A stretch of 64,000 bases of DNA from Eledone cirrhosa. Taxonomy: Eukaryota. Both the position numbers and the translations under genes were made by a program. Where the stretch lies: contig OZ024741.1 of NCBI GenBank assembly GCA_964016885.1, positions 178,932,001-178,996,000 of the forward strand, in the 5' to 3' direction. Of the stretch, positions 41,038 to 55,344 are shown piece by piece. The stretch's first letter is position 1. Each line of letters opens with the position of its first letter. The notes under the pieces were generated by a model. It had not been told where the DNA came from, did not search any database, and worked only from the letters and a program-made list of their open reading frames with translations.

Positions 41038-41280
41038 GAGGAGACGAATTGGCAAAGTCGTTAGTACGTCAAGTGGAATGCTTTTTGGTATTCGTTCCGG
41101 CTCTCTATCCCCTAAGTTCAAATCCTATCCAGATCAACTTTGTATTTCATTCTTTCGAGGTCGATAAAAAAAGTACCAGTTCAGTGCTGAGGTCGAATTT
41201 TCTCCTATATGTCTTCCTCTCTCTCCTACTCTGGAGGAAATCGGTTGTGCTCAGACCTGGGCAGGGGCTGAACTTCGCCA
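41038..41280 (+). mobile_element. SINE family A variant, decayed
   Basis: ttggcaaagtcg...gttcaaatcc...ggtcgataaaa...gtaccag. Confidence 0.65.
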
Positions 41281-41552
41281 CAGACATACATAACATTTAT
41301 CAAACTAATGAGGCGTTCCTTTACTCGGTTACTTTGATATGATATAATAGCAGATAAAACTCGTTCAATTTGCAACCTACTATTTTTTTTTTATAAAAAA
41401 AGAAACAAATTGGATAATGTTCACAGCCTGAAAATATGTTGAAACATCTTTGATCACGGCTCTTCTGCGATCAGAGCTGACCTGGAGCTAAACAACAAGT
41501 ATACATTTATAGGGAGAAAGGCGGAAAATAGTTGACTGATTCGCTTCTTAGG

Positions 41553-41732
41553 GAGTAGTATAGCTACAGGGCTAGGGGACGGTCCGACTCGAGTGACGCT
41601 TTTGTGGGGACGGCATTTTGGAGGTTTGTTGTATAAGCCTGCATTGATGTAAAAGTGGTCGGGGGATCGAAGCGGAGGCGGAGACAAACTTAAGGGCTGC
41701 CGTGAGTAGCATATACTCTAGCTACGCCACAG
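41553..41732. mobile_element. decayed hAT-like MITE
   Basis: Ends gagtagtatagcta / tagctacgccacag resemble CAGTGGCGTAGCTA-type TIRs; GC-rich body. Confidence 0.4.
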
Positions 41733-42676
41733 AAAGCCTCGTTATATTACTGGTTGTTTTCCTTTTGTTTTTTAACAAAAATAAACCCAGATGGTTGTAA
41801 ATCAAACACAGTGACATTTGATATCGGAATACAAAGGACTTTGACTAGGAATGTAGGGCCGTTTAATGTTCTACACTTTCTACCATTCATTGTTTCTGTT
41901 CTTTACTTCAAATATCAAACACAATACACTAATAAAAATTCCTTTCATTTAGTTCAAAAATGGACTCTACCGGCTACTGAGAATTCATTTTCATCTTCAC
42001 GTCAATATATGAAAATATATTCTACTTGGTAATTACGAGAAATGCATAAAGAGAAAGTTTGAAGTAATATATTCTTGGCATTATAGCGTAACTGAATAAT
42101 TTATTCTTTGCATTGTCACGTTATCGAGTCCGCTTCTCATTCAGATAAAAGTTTCTTCGGCCAAAGCTGAATATATTCCTCGGTGTCTTCCTTGCACATT
42201 ACAAAGTCAGTAGAAATGCATATTGTATTAACGCTTTTACTAGCAAACTGTCTGAAATCGTCCCTAGCTCTATGAGACAAAACTGTTTAGATTTCTCAAA
42301 ATGTTTAGATTTATCTAAACACCTTCCATCATAATTTAATGTAAGAATCTTTAAATTATATTCTAAAACCAACTTGATAAAAAGAAATTAGCCATTTAAT
42401 GGAATTTAAATAAAATAACTATTTCATTTAAATTCCACTAAATGTTTTTTTTTTTGTTTTTTTTTTCTAAATAATTTGAAAATTTTAGGCAATGTTTTTC
42501 TTTAGAAATATGGTAACGAAAAGGCTAAAAGGTATCTCAGCGGTTGTTCATTAGTTTTTGAATCTGTATGTTTCACATATGCAATCTCATTGGAGTAACT
42601 GTATCTCCTATTTATTGACTCTCAATAAAAGAAGATAAAGCTTCTCCAATGATTAAATATTTCCACTTTTCCTCAG

Positions 42677-42730
42677 ATTTCGTGTACAACACACAATAGC
42701 GGTTGGCTTATCCTCATTCCCATTGTTACT
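42677..42730 (+). CDS. candidate 54-nt internal exon of an unidentified host gene
   Basis: Polypyrimidine acceptor ttccacttttcctcag and donor gtgagt. Open in two frames (ISCTTHNSGWLILIPIVT or FRVQHTIAVGLSSFPLL). No partner exons identified. Confidence 0.35.
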
Positions 42731-42925
42731 GTGAGTGGTAGATTCATTCTTAACACATTTTAGAATTAAAATAAATCAACCTCCGTTGGTTTTGACGATG
42801 AGCGTTCTAGTTGTTCGATCAATAGAATGGCCTACCTTTTAAATTAACCTGTAAGTAGTTGAAGATTACACAGACACGTGTATGCTTTACATAATTCTAC
42901 GGTATTATCAATGTTGTACAGTGTG

Positions 42926-43118
42926 TAGACCTGTTAACTCTCCCTGTCTGACGGGGAGATCTCCCACCTACTTTGGGGTGGGTGAGAGATGTCTTCTCTT
43001 GTGAAAATTGGTGTAACTATCATTATATAAAATCTCCCCATTTTGTCTCATTTCTCTCATTTGAGGGCACTTTTTTCATGGTACTCCCCGTTTGTACTTT
43101 TAGAGGTTGGCAGGTCTG
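42926..43118. mobile_element. MITE with 6-bp TSD
   Basis: TIR (t)agacctgttaac / gttggcaggtctg; agtgtg on both flanks. Confidence 0.85.
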
Positions 43119-43647
43119 AGTGTGTGACATAACTGACCGTTTGAATTACAGTTATACGCCAACCTACAGACTTCCAAACGGCTTCCGTCTGCCCAATTTC
43201 ACGGTGAACGAGATTTACCCAATATGCTACGACATGCGATCAAACTCTGGACTCGCGATTACGAAGTATTCTTCTGAACCATTCAGCGATGCTGCATCCA
43301 CCACGTTTTTTGCGATCAACAGTTAATTCTCGTTAAAGCTTTCCTTTAACTTTAGTTAGACCTTGTTGGGTAACATCACAGTTCTATATGTTTTCTTATT
43401 AACATAAAATGAAGTTATTATAAGTGACAGGTGCAAATCTTCTCAATCGATCAAACCTAGAATTATGCATTGAAAAAAGTGTTTAATGAATTAAAACAGA
43501 GAAAATTAAAGAATAGGAAATAGAAAAAGGTTAGAAGATTGGTTGCGGTTGTAAAACGAATGACTAAGAAGAATGGTTTGGTGGGGATGAAGAAAGAGCA
43601 AAGAAAGGAATATTGGAGTAAGAGAAAATAAAATTATTATCATTATT

Positions 43648-44310
43648 GGGCGATTGATTGGCAGTATCGGTAAAGCATAGGACAAGATGCTTGTAGCCTA
43701 GAGTTACAACCCTTTATATCCTGAATTCAAATCCCACCAAGGTTAGCTTTGCCTTTTATCCTTATGGGTTCGTTAAAATAAAGTACCAGTAATGCACTGG
43801 ATCGATTTACTCGTCTTTCCCCTCCCCAAAAATGATTGGCCTTGTGCCAAAAGTAGAAACAATTATTATTATTGTGGATTGGCAGTATCGGTAGAGGGTC
43901 GGACGCCATGCTTTCCAGCATAGTTACGTCCCTTTACGATCTGAGTTCAAATCCCGCCGAGGTTGACTTTGCCTTTCATCCTTACGGGGTCGATAAAATA
44001 AAGTACCAGTAATGCACTGGGTAATTGCTGGCCTTGTGCCTAAAGTAGAAACAATTATTATTATTATCACTATTGAATTCTCTCTAGGGTGGTAGATTGG
44101 CAGTATCGGTAGAGGGTCGGACGCCATGCTTTGCAACAGAGTTACGACCTTTTATGATCTGAGTTCAAATTCCACCGAGGTTAACTTTGCCTTTCATCCT
44201 TACGGGGTCGATAAAATAAAGTACCAGTCACGCACTGGGGCCGATTTAATCGACTTTTCCCTCCTCCCAAAATTATTCGCCTTGTGCCTATATATGAAAC
44301 CATTATTATT
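43648..44310 (+). mobile_element. three head-to-tail SINE family A copies
   Basis: Starts at about 43648, 43874 and 44087, each with A box, B box, core and (att)n tail. Confidence 0.9.
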
Positions 44311-45370
44311 GCATTTTCTCATTGCATTGTTCACCTTGAGTATGTCAGTGTTATATTTTTAGTGTTGCTGTTTTTATTATATTGACAATTCTCTACACAA
44401 TATGTATGTCGTAGTATTTTGGTCATATATCTATCTGTCTGAGTATGTTCCTTATCAATTCCTGGGCACCTATTATTATAGGGATTGTTTCTGGTTTTTA
44501 ATCCACATTCTAGTTATTTCTATTTCTACATCATTTAACCATTTCACTGAAATATTTCTTATCGCCTGTCGGGACTAGTGCATTAATTAGAAGGCATGTC
44601 TTTTATTGGTGGTCTTCAACTACAATATCTGGTCGATTTGAAGGCTTTTAAATAACTGTAGACTTTTAACGCAACCAGTTTTTACCAAAACTATACGTTT
44701 TAAAAGAATTGTGAGTTTTTATGGAAAAATATTTTATCATAACTGTATGTTTTAACAAATGTATAACTGTTTTGAATATATATAACTTTCTAAGAAATGT
44801 GGAGTATTTCACGATTTCATATAATAGTTTACAAGCATTCTATATATGTATATTTTATTTTATTTATTATGCTCCTGTGTTCGAAGTGTAAAAGAATATT
44901 TTGTAATTCAGGAGGAAAAGAATTTATTGCAGTCATAATGTAGCCATGTATAATAATATAATTATGCTGATATAAACTTTCTTTTACAATTGTGCATTGA
45001 GCATATTAACAATTGAATGCTAATGTATCAATGTAATATAGATTTACAATGTTAATATACTGTACTTAAATAAGAAAATATTTCCACAAGACCATTAGGG
45101 TATTTCGAAATTCAATATAAGTACCAGAACAACATTATGAAATACAGAGAACTGAAAATTGAATAAAAGTGGGAAAGCAAATATTATTTGGAATGCCTTG
45201 AACTTTGAAATGTTCGGTTTGTCAGCAAATTATAACTATATAACGGCTCTGCATGATCCTATCATTGCATTGAGCTAAAGTACGCCTCGTAAACGAGTAA
45301 AATGATATATATATATATATACATACATACGCACACATATATATATGTGTATTTATATATATAAATACAT

Positions 45371-45425
<55 letters not shown>

Positions 45426-45539
45426 CACAGACACATATGTATATACATACACACATATATATACATATATATACATATATATATACACATACACACATAT
45501 ATATGTATATATACATACATATATATATATACACACATA

Positions 45540-45576
<37 letters not shown>

Positions 45577-45617
45577 CGGCGATGAATTAGTTTTGCGAGG
45601 TTTTTGATATGAAATCG

Positions 45618-47155
45618 AGATCTACACCCAAAATGAGGGAGCAGCCATTGGCATCAGCATAGCTGGTGATGTTGCCAACCTTTTTATGGTATGGTGGGAA
45701 AGGAGACTTAAAGATCTCCTTAATGAGAGCTCCATAGACCTCATCATGTACTCTCGTTACGTAGACGATATCAATATAGTTATAAGAATATCCCCACTAG
45801 AGAGCACTAATAAGTTTGATTTAGAACGTAGCACAATGGAAAGCATCCAGGAGATAGCTACTTCCATACACCAGAGTATAACTGTAACTATTGACTACCC
45901 TTCCAAACACCCTAACAATAGACTACCTGCATTAGACACGGAACTCTGGATTAACACTATAGACGAGAGAGCCCAAATTCTCCACTCACACTATGCTAAA
46001 CCCATGGCCTCCAAATACCCTATACTAAAAAACTCACCAATGTCCAGTAGTGCTAAGTTTAATATTCTGATCGCAGATTTGGTACGAGTGATGAAGAATG
46101 TGTCCCGCATGTGCGACCCAACAGAAATGGAAAGACACATCCAACACTTCATCAACCGCATGCAGTTCTCTGGCTACAACCAAAGAGACAGAATCAGAGT
46201 ATACGAATGAGCCATGGAGAAGTATAAGACCCTCATAGAACTGGACATGAAAGGAATTTGCCCATTATACAGGAGAAAATCATGGAATAGCTTAGATAGG
46301 GCTAGACATAAGATAGGGAAAGCCACCTCATGGTACGACAACCAAAGATACCAGAGTGTCATGTTTGTGGACACTACTCCTGGAGGGAAATTAGCTAACC
46401 AGTGTAGAAAGGCCCTGAGAAAGACCCACTTAAAGATTAAGGTGGTAGAAAAGCCAGGAACCAACCACCATAAAATCCCTGATCAGCAAAACCTACCCAC
46501 TGTACTAATAGGAAATGTATCATATGTAAGGTAAACCCCCGGATAAACTGTAAAACTAGAAACGTAGTCTATAGCATAAGATGTACAGAGGGTACTTGCA
46601 GAAACATGACAACAACATACATAGGCAAGACAGCTCGTAGCATAGGTGAAAGGATAGACCAACACTGGGGGGAACTAAAAGGACGAAAAAACGGGTTAGT
46701 ACTATACGAACACGCCAGACAAGAACACGACGGTAACATAGACAACATAGAAATTAGAATAATATCTAAACATGGAAATGACCCAGCAGATAGGCAAATC
46801 AGAGAGGCCAGTGAAATAGAACTTAGAAGGCCAAGGCTAAACAGAAGGAATAAATGGAATAACAACAACACCCAAACAAACAACACTGACCTAAGAGAAG
46901 TATAAATAAATAAATAAATAAATAGATAAATAAATAAATAAATAAATACATACACAAGCACAATAACAACAAACACATATAAACACACACTAGTAAAGAT
47001 AGAATACATTAACCAATACACAGCCACCCAATCACGAACACACATCAAACAAAACACTTTACACACACGCAAACGCATGCGCAAAGAAGACAAAATAAAA
47101 TAAACAAACAAATAAATAAATATATAAACAGTCTAAATAAAGATGGCGTAGAAAA
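45618..47155 (+). mobile_element. Penelope-like retroelement, 5'-truncated (RT + GIY-YIG + part of pLTR)
   Basis: [56 protein letters not shown]; one stop and frameshifts. Paralogous to 13592-15410. Confidence 0.94.
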
Positions 47156-47164
47156 TACAATGTA

Positions 47165-48092
47165 ACGGATCCTTAAGGATAAAGGAAGCACTTGTTATTA
47201 AGAACCTCAGACCCCCACTTAACAACCGGGGTGAGAGAAATGAGCTGACATGGCTAACTTAACCATAATGACCATTCACAGCCTACGGCCTGATATCTTC
47301 ACACACACGCATGTATATGCATACCCATACGCATACACACACACATCTATATTTATACACGCACACATGTTTTTACAACCTACCACCTTTCACACCCTTT
47401 GATTTCCAGCTTCTACAGCCCACTATCTTTCACACACAAACGCACTCACACATATACACACACAGTTACACACACATGTATACCCATACGCTTACACACA
47501 CACATCTATATTTATACACGCACACATATTTTACAACCTACCACCTTTCACACCCTTTGATTTCCAACTTCTACAGCCCACTATCTTTCACACACACACA
47601 CACTCACACATATACACACTTACACTTATACACACACAGTTACACACACATATATATTTACATACACATATCTTACGGCTTTCACACGCTAACGCACCCT
47701 CTTGATTTAACCAATTTGGTCAGTAGCTTTTGCCACAGCCTATCACGCGCACGCGCATTCTTTCCCTCGTTTAAATTTTAAATATTTTTCTCCCCATAAC
47801 GGCATTCCTGTCTTAACGACATCACAACTTTCTCCGCTTGGCCTGTTTCCCCCCTTTTGGAACTTTCCCCCGTTGATGGGCGTGAGCCCGAAATATTGGG
47901 ATTAAATCTCTACTACGGTAACCCTTCTACCTTTGTTTTGTTTTCATCTTTGTCTCTCTCAATTTTCACTTTCACCTGTTTTTCCTATCTATATTTCACT
48001 TCCTACCTCGAGATTTCCCTTTGCATTGTTGTGGCTTTCTTAAATACGTATTTTTACACATTTCACAATGCTTCAAGCAAACTTTAACACCC
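47165..48092 (+). mobile_element. PLE 3' end (GIY-YIG C-terminus + pLTR), family related to 51690-53520
   Basis: ILRIKEALVIKNLRPPLNNR. Terminal cacaatgcttcaagcaaac is shared with about 51694-51713 on the minus strand. Decayed HHR-like fold at about 47865-47902. Confidence 0.7.
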
Positions 48093-48093
48093 T

Positions 48094-48176
<83 letters not shown>

Positions 48177-48296
48177 CTACCAAAATATACGGTAATGTCC
48201 AATCCGTATGAAGAACTCAACGTAATCCAAATATCATGAAAAGAGAAGATGTATTCAAAATTTTTTCGATGAAAAACAGAGGAAAACAGAGTCAAG

Positions 48297-48558
48297 ATAA
48301 ATTAATAAAAATAATGAATAAAAACAAAGAAACAGTTCCTTATATTTAAAAATTCATCATTTTACGATCGTTTCTAGGATATATATGTGTGTGTTGGTAT
48401 GTATATCATATAGATCTATGTAAAATGTTTACAAACTATCAGAGTGAATATACATACCAACACACACATATATATCCTAGAAACGATCGTAAAATGATGA
48501 ATTTTTTTAATATAAGGAACTGTTTCTTTGTTTTTATTCATTATTTTTATTAATTTAT
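48297..48558. repeat. inverted repeat (about 110-bp arms) carrying HHR 3' halves
   Basis: Each arm contains GAAA-cgatcg-TA; about 40-nt spacer. Confidence 0.85.
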
Positions 48559-48694
48559 ATATACTCTTTTACTCTTTTATCTGTTTCAGCCATCCGACTG
48601 AGGCCATGCTGAGGCACCGCCCTAAATATATATATTTTTTTTTTTTTTTTTGTAAAAATTATCAAATTAAATTAATTTAACAGCTAGACACATA

Positions 48695-49195
48695 TAGGAA
48701 CAATAAGGGCCAGAAGATTGGCAAGTCAACCCTACATATGACTAATAGTTCTAGGAAAGCCATGAACGACGCCACAACTTTTTAACTTTGATTTTGAAAG
48801 TAAGTTTATAATTATTAATTTCATTTAACTTTTGTACCTGTCGCGGCAGCCTAGTTGGAGGAATCATAAACGGTGGTGATCCTGGTCTGAAGTTCGATCC
48901 TGGTCGGGAGTAGGGTTCCCGTTAAACCTTTTCAATTTTTTTTCTATGGGATGTAAACTAAAAACTGAAAATGGTTGCACGTACCTCTCGACCAGGATTG
49001 AACCCAAGACCAGGATCACCATCGTCTCTAGTACCTCCCACTAGTCCACTAAGACAGCTAGGAAAATCCACTGAAAATTCATACTTATAAACTTACTTTC
49101 AAAATTTTCAAACGAAAATGATGTGGTGTCGTTCATGTCTTTTTTAATGTTATTGCTCATACTTAAGGTCGACTTCTAAATCATTTGGCTGTTCC
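48695..49195. mobile_element. fold-back element with a tRNA-like unit in each inverted arm
   Basis: About 48695-48910 pairs imperfectly with about 48985-49195. The arms contain gcctagttgg...gttcgatcc and ctagtggg...gttcaatcc. Confidence 0.6.
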
Positions 49196-49418
49196 ATAAA
49201 CTACATCCTCGTTTTGTTTCTCATCTATCTAAACTATATTTTAAGCTGTAATCCCTGTTTCATTTCTGTTGCACCTCATTTCTTCTTCCCCCTCTCTCTC
49301 CCTTTTTCTCTGTGATATTTGAATCTACTATGATTTGGGCTTACTTTATTCATATATATATGTTTTTGCATGTCAGATTCAAAGTTACAATAATTGGCAT
49401 TATATATATATGTGTGTG

Positions 49419-50258
<840 letters not shown>

Positions 50259-50335
50259 TGTATATATATATATATATATATATACAATAAGGAAAAGCGA
50301 AGTAGTTTCAGATGTTAAAGTCCTTTAATAATAAT

Positions 50336-50409
50336 GTTGTGATACATATTTCAATGGTGACAGTGGCCACACTGTTCCGTGCGCCAGTGCCGCGACATCG
50401 TCAGACAGC
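50336..50409 (-). ncRNA. type I hammerhead ribozyme
   Basis: gctgt-CTGACGA-tgtcgc...accatt-GAAA-tatgta-TC-acaac; base of helix II is weak. Confidence 0.65.
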
Positions 50410-51689
50410 TTGTTACATAATAAGGTTATGTTTCCGAGGCATTCCAAATTGAATCGACATGGGAACGGACGAAGTGTGTGCTCTTGGGTTCTTCGTCCGT
50501 TCCCTTGTGAGTACCAATTCCCCCACCCCTCCTATCGGTCTGCGCAGGCACAGGTCCGAAGGAAGTTGACCATCAGCTTCCGCAGAGTTCAAGGAAATTC
50601 GCCTAGGCAGTCCCCCCTCTCAACCAAACAATGACCTATTCAGGCCTGTAATATATAGCTTACTGCTAGCCACCCCGTCAGTGGCAGTCCGCCGAAAGCT
50701 AGTGGGGTTGGGAGAGTGTGAGTATCAATAGGTCTCACTACCACCCTACATTAAGCATTGACGGTAGAATTGACCATCAACCTCTAAGAGAAAATATACT
50801 TAATTCTAGTTATTATGGTTTCACAGTGGAAATTATGAATGAGAGTTGGAAATTAAAACTAAAAATTAAAAATCAAAAATCAAATATCAAAAATTAAAAA
50901 TTCAAAAATTTACAAGTGAGAATCTAGATTGAAGTGAGTAAAAAAAATATGTGCACCTATACTAACTAATACGTAGGGAGATGTTTAAGTAAGAAGTTTT
51001 GAAAGGGGCATCAATGTTACAGATATATTATCTACATACTGAACGATATTACCGCACAGTAGAACGGAGGGTAAATTACTGTATGAACGGTAGTAGTTAG
51101 GCGGTACCTAGTTAGTATTTCCATCATATGGAACAAAACCCCCCAAAAAAACACAGATATAAAATACACAAAAAAAAACACAAAAAATATCCAATAAATA
51201 CAAAAAATACATACAGTACATATATGCAAAATGAGATAGGAGATACATGATTAATATGATTGTCAATTTGTCCATATATAGATTGAATTGGGGGGGGGGC
51301 TTCTGTTCAAATGCAATTTGCTGTAGGAAAATAGGGGTTTATCGATGTTTTTGTTTCCGCGTATTTATCCTGCCGAAAGTTAGTTTATAATTTTATGTCC
51401 GTCCAGTATCAGGGATTTCCATCCCCGTGGTAGATGGAATTTCCAGGTCTAGCTGGTGGCTCGTTCCTCTCTTCTCCACTATATCGGTTACATCATAGAG
51501 CGCTCAACTAATTGGAGCTAAATTCTTAAGATAAATATTGATGCAATTCAATTCAAGCACTCAACGTACTTATTCCACATAGGAGTGACGGAGTAAATAT
51601 CGAATAAGGAAAAGCGAAGTAGTTTCAGATGTTAAAGTCCTTTATATATATATATATATATATACGTATGTATATGTATATAAGAGCGT

Positions 51690-53520
51690 TGACGTTTGCT
51701 TGAAGCATTGTGGAATAGTAAACATGGTAACAATGCAGATGGTTAGATCTCCGGGTAACAAGGTTAGGTGGTTGTAGGAATAATGGGGATAAGAGAGGCG
51801 AGGTGGGATATAAGAAGAAAAAACGTAAAATTAAAATGAAAAACCATTGATGAAGTTACCTTGGAATCGATTTATTAGTCCCTATATTTCGGATTTCTCA
51901 TCCATCATGTGGGGCGGGTCCGAAGTAACCGTGGAGATTATCGGAGAGGAATTTACGTGGCCGTATGTCAAACTGACTGGAATTAAGCAAACAAATATTC
52001 TATATTGGGCACACGCATAAGAATTCGAAAGTTGGCAAACGTTACTAGTCACCACTAAAGCTTTGGATTGGTGTGATATGGCAGGGTCCGCGCGTATGTG
52101 CGAGTGTTACCTTGCATTCTGATAGTGGTAGGTAGGTGGGCGAAATGTTAGTGGCAGGAATAGCATAGCTGCAGCGCCTGTCCGACTGTTTGTATACAGG
52201 CAAATGAGCGAAATTTCTGAATGTACATGAATATTCACTCGCTCATCTGTTACTGCGTGTGTGGCTTGCTGTTTGGGTTAGACCACCCTCCACGTTTCAC
52301 TCTTTTCGGATATGTTGTTGATTGACGGTTCTATTCGTTTGATTAAAAGTGCTTCCTTGATCCTTAGCGTCCCAATGTTGCGGTCTGTTGCTATCTCTGT
52401 GACAGTGAGACTTTTCTCCTTGGTTCCACATTTGGTGATATGTTTTCGAAAGGACGAGTCTCTAGTTCTGACGTGTTCCTTGACTCGTATGTGCAGTAGT
52501 CAAATGGTGCAGCCGATGTAGTAAGCATTGCATTTGACACACTCAATCTTGTAAACCGCGTAGGTGCGCAGGCAATAGCATGTGTGACGTATCGACCAGT
52601 TGTAGAGGGAACACGTATTATACGCATTGTGTTGCTTCTTGGAAAGGTATCTCCTTAGGGAAGATCCCGAATGGGCCAATTGGATGTCGAAACCCTCCCT
52701 TTGTATGGCCTTGTGGATGGAGCTGATGATTCTTCACCCAGGTCGGGGAAACATTTATCGGTTAGTTTTGTCCGACTCATGTGTTCCTCATTTGGTTGGT
52801 AAAGGATGCTAGAAAGCCGTTGGCTTCCAACACCCTGTGGAATTGCTTGGGGCGACACTACGCACGGTATCATTGCATCTATTTCCTATCGGCGTATATT
52901 CGTTTGTGATATACCCTCTCTTAACGTTGTTAGGAAGGGCAGACATAGAGTTTACGATTTAGTCTCTGCAGGCCGCCTTGCGGTAGAAGTCTGTGTTAAC
53001 CTCTGCGTCTCTCGTGATGTTTAGTCGGAAGTCAGGAAGGATAAGGGACCCGTCGTCGTTGGGGTGCTCCATGCGGAATTTGATATTCCCGTCCATATTG
53101 TTGAACATCTGATATATCCAGTTAGCCGCCTCGCGAGAAGACTTGAAGATGGGGATATCATCCACGTATCTTATGAAGAATGTGGTGTTTGGGTGGCAGG
53201 TGTTTAGCGCTTTGCATTCCAGTTGGCCCATGTAGGATATTACCAGCACACTCGATAGATTTGATGCCATGGGTAGTCCGGATGTATGTCGGTATGTGTG
53301 GCCGAGAAAGTCAAAGTACGTGTTGTCGATGACAACAGATAAGAACTGTTGGATGTCGGTGAAAGTGAGTCTGAAGCAGTGCAAGTGATAGGGCTGGATT
53401 ATTTCTGTCAGTATGTCGACGGCCGTGTGTGCTGGGACTGAGGTGTATAATGAGACAACATCGAGGCTGAAAGCATACCTGTTATTCTTTCGGGTGTCAG
53501 GTTGGTGTAATCGTTTTATA
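51690..53520 (-). mobile_element. Penelope-like retroelement of a second clade, decayed
   Basis: LDVVSLYTSVP, YRHTSGLPMASNLSSVLVISYM, FFIRYVDDI, TDFYRK, and GIY-YIG C..CNAYYIGCT....IRVKEH. Confidence 0.9.
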
Positions 53521-53527
53521 ACCTCCT

Positions 53528-53646
53528 TAGAGGTGGATGTTGACGGACATCCTGGTCATTCTTTGTGTGTCATGCTAGTCCGGTCAGCTTTAAACTTCTC
53601 GCTCCACTCATACACACTTCTACGTGGTAGTTCACTGTCGGCGTAT
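53528..53646 (-). mobile_element. mariner transposase N-terminal fragment
   Basis: [36 protein letters not shown] matches the mariner HTH-to-GRP region. Confidence 0.72.
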
Positions 53647-53654
53647 ATATACAT

Positions 53655-54174
<520 letters not shown>

Positions 54175-54188
54175 ATATATCATATATA

Positions 54189-54233
<45 letters not shown>

Positions 54234-54278
54234 TAATTCAAAATATTAATAAATATAGACATTCATGTAATTAAATAT

Positions 54279-54342
54279 ATTTTATTATATATATTTCGGA
54301 GGTACTGTGCTGTTTCCTCAGTACGTCGTCATCAGATAGAAT
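54279..54342 (-). ncRNA. type I hammerhead ribozyme, left arm
   Basis: attctat-CTGATGA-cgacgtactg...cagtacctcc-GAAA-tatata-TA-ataaaat. Confidence 0.8.
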
Positions 54343-54380
54343 TGAACCATCAGCACAGTTGAGGTATGTCACATCAATTT

Positions 54381-54456
54381 ATATATTTTATCTGATGAGG
54401 ATGTACTGAGGAAACAGCACAGTACCTCCGAAATATATATATATAATAAAATATAT
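54381..54456 (+). ncRNA. type I hammerhead ribozyme, right arm
   Basis: atatattttat-CTGATGA-ggatgtactg...cagtacctcc-GAAA-tatatatata-TA-ataaaatatat; 11-bp helix I. Confidence 0.88.
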
Positions 54457-54514
54457 TTGATTACATGAATGTCTATATTTATTAATATTTTGAATTAATA
54501 ATAAAATTACAAAA

Positions 54515-54784
54515 AAATTACACACAAAAACAAGATGGCGTAGGACAGAACAAAGGAGAGGCACAAAAACAAAGAAAAGAATCTCCAGTCATTGAAGAGG
54601 TCACAGAATGTGTGACGAAAGAACTATGACAATATATAAACAAACATCTGGTTGTGGAACCAACCAACCAACCGGAAATTTATAAATTCCTAAATTTATA
54701 AATTTATTATAGTAAATTAAAGTGAAAGCAACTGGTGCGTGTGTTTCTTATTGGCAACATGACCTTCCCAAAGTATAACAATAT
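54515..54784 (+). mobile_element. solo PLE pLTR end (family of 13592-15410) with HHR at 54588-54630 (C3U)
   Basis: Reverse complement of about 13592-13860; gtca-TTGAAGA-ggtcacagaatgtgtgac-GAAA-gaac-TA-tgac. Confidence 0.85.
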
Positions 54785-55344
54785 CGGTTTCAACACACGT
54801 TTTCAGATAAAGAATCTTGCTAAACATATTCAGAAACGAAATCTCAAAAAATTATTTTAAATACAATAAAAATACAAACGAAAGACACAGAACTCAAGGG
54901 TCATCGGCCGTTGAGATGGACTTTGGTAGTTTTGACCCCTACCAACGATACTGCCGGTCCTGGTCTGGAACAAACCAAACGCTGTCCACTGGAGTAAGAG
55001 ACGAAAGGCAAAACATTAATATATAGCAATTAAGCTATAACAAGTACACATAGAACTTTGTGTGGCGTCAGGGAAAACATCTAATGTTTCTTATAGCACG
55101 TCTCAGGGATGCAACAAAGGAAAAGAAAAGAAGTAGAAAAAGAAGCGAGAAGAAGTAAGATATCGTGTTGGAAAATGTAAACGATTGAAAGTAAATGGGA
55201 TGGAGTAGAGATAACACGTTCGTCACAGATTATTAATGATAAATGAGCAACATTAATAAAGAGAAGACAAGAAAACGAACAAAAACGAGGCAAAACAAAA
55301 AACAATCGTTTAAGGAGAACCTTAAACAATGTTTTTTTAATATA

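Noticed and set aside
52720-52765. CTGATGA...GAAA inside the PLE coding region
   Set aside because: Helices I and III do not form; a chance match antisense to the RT.
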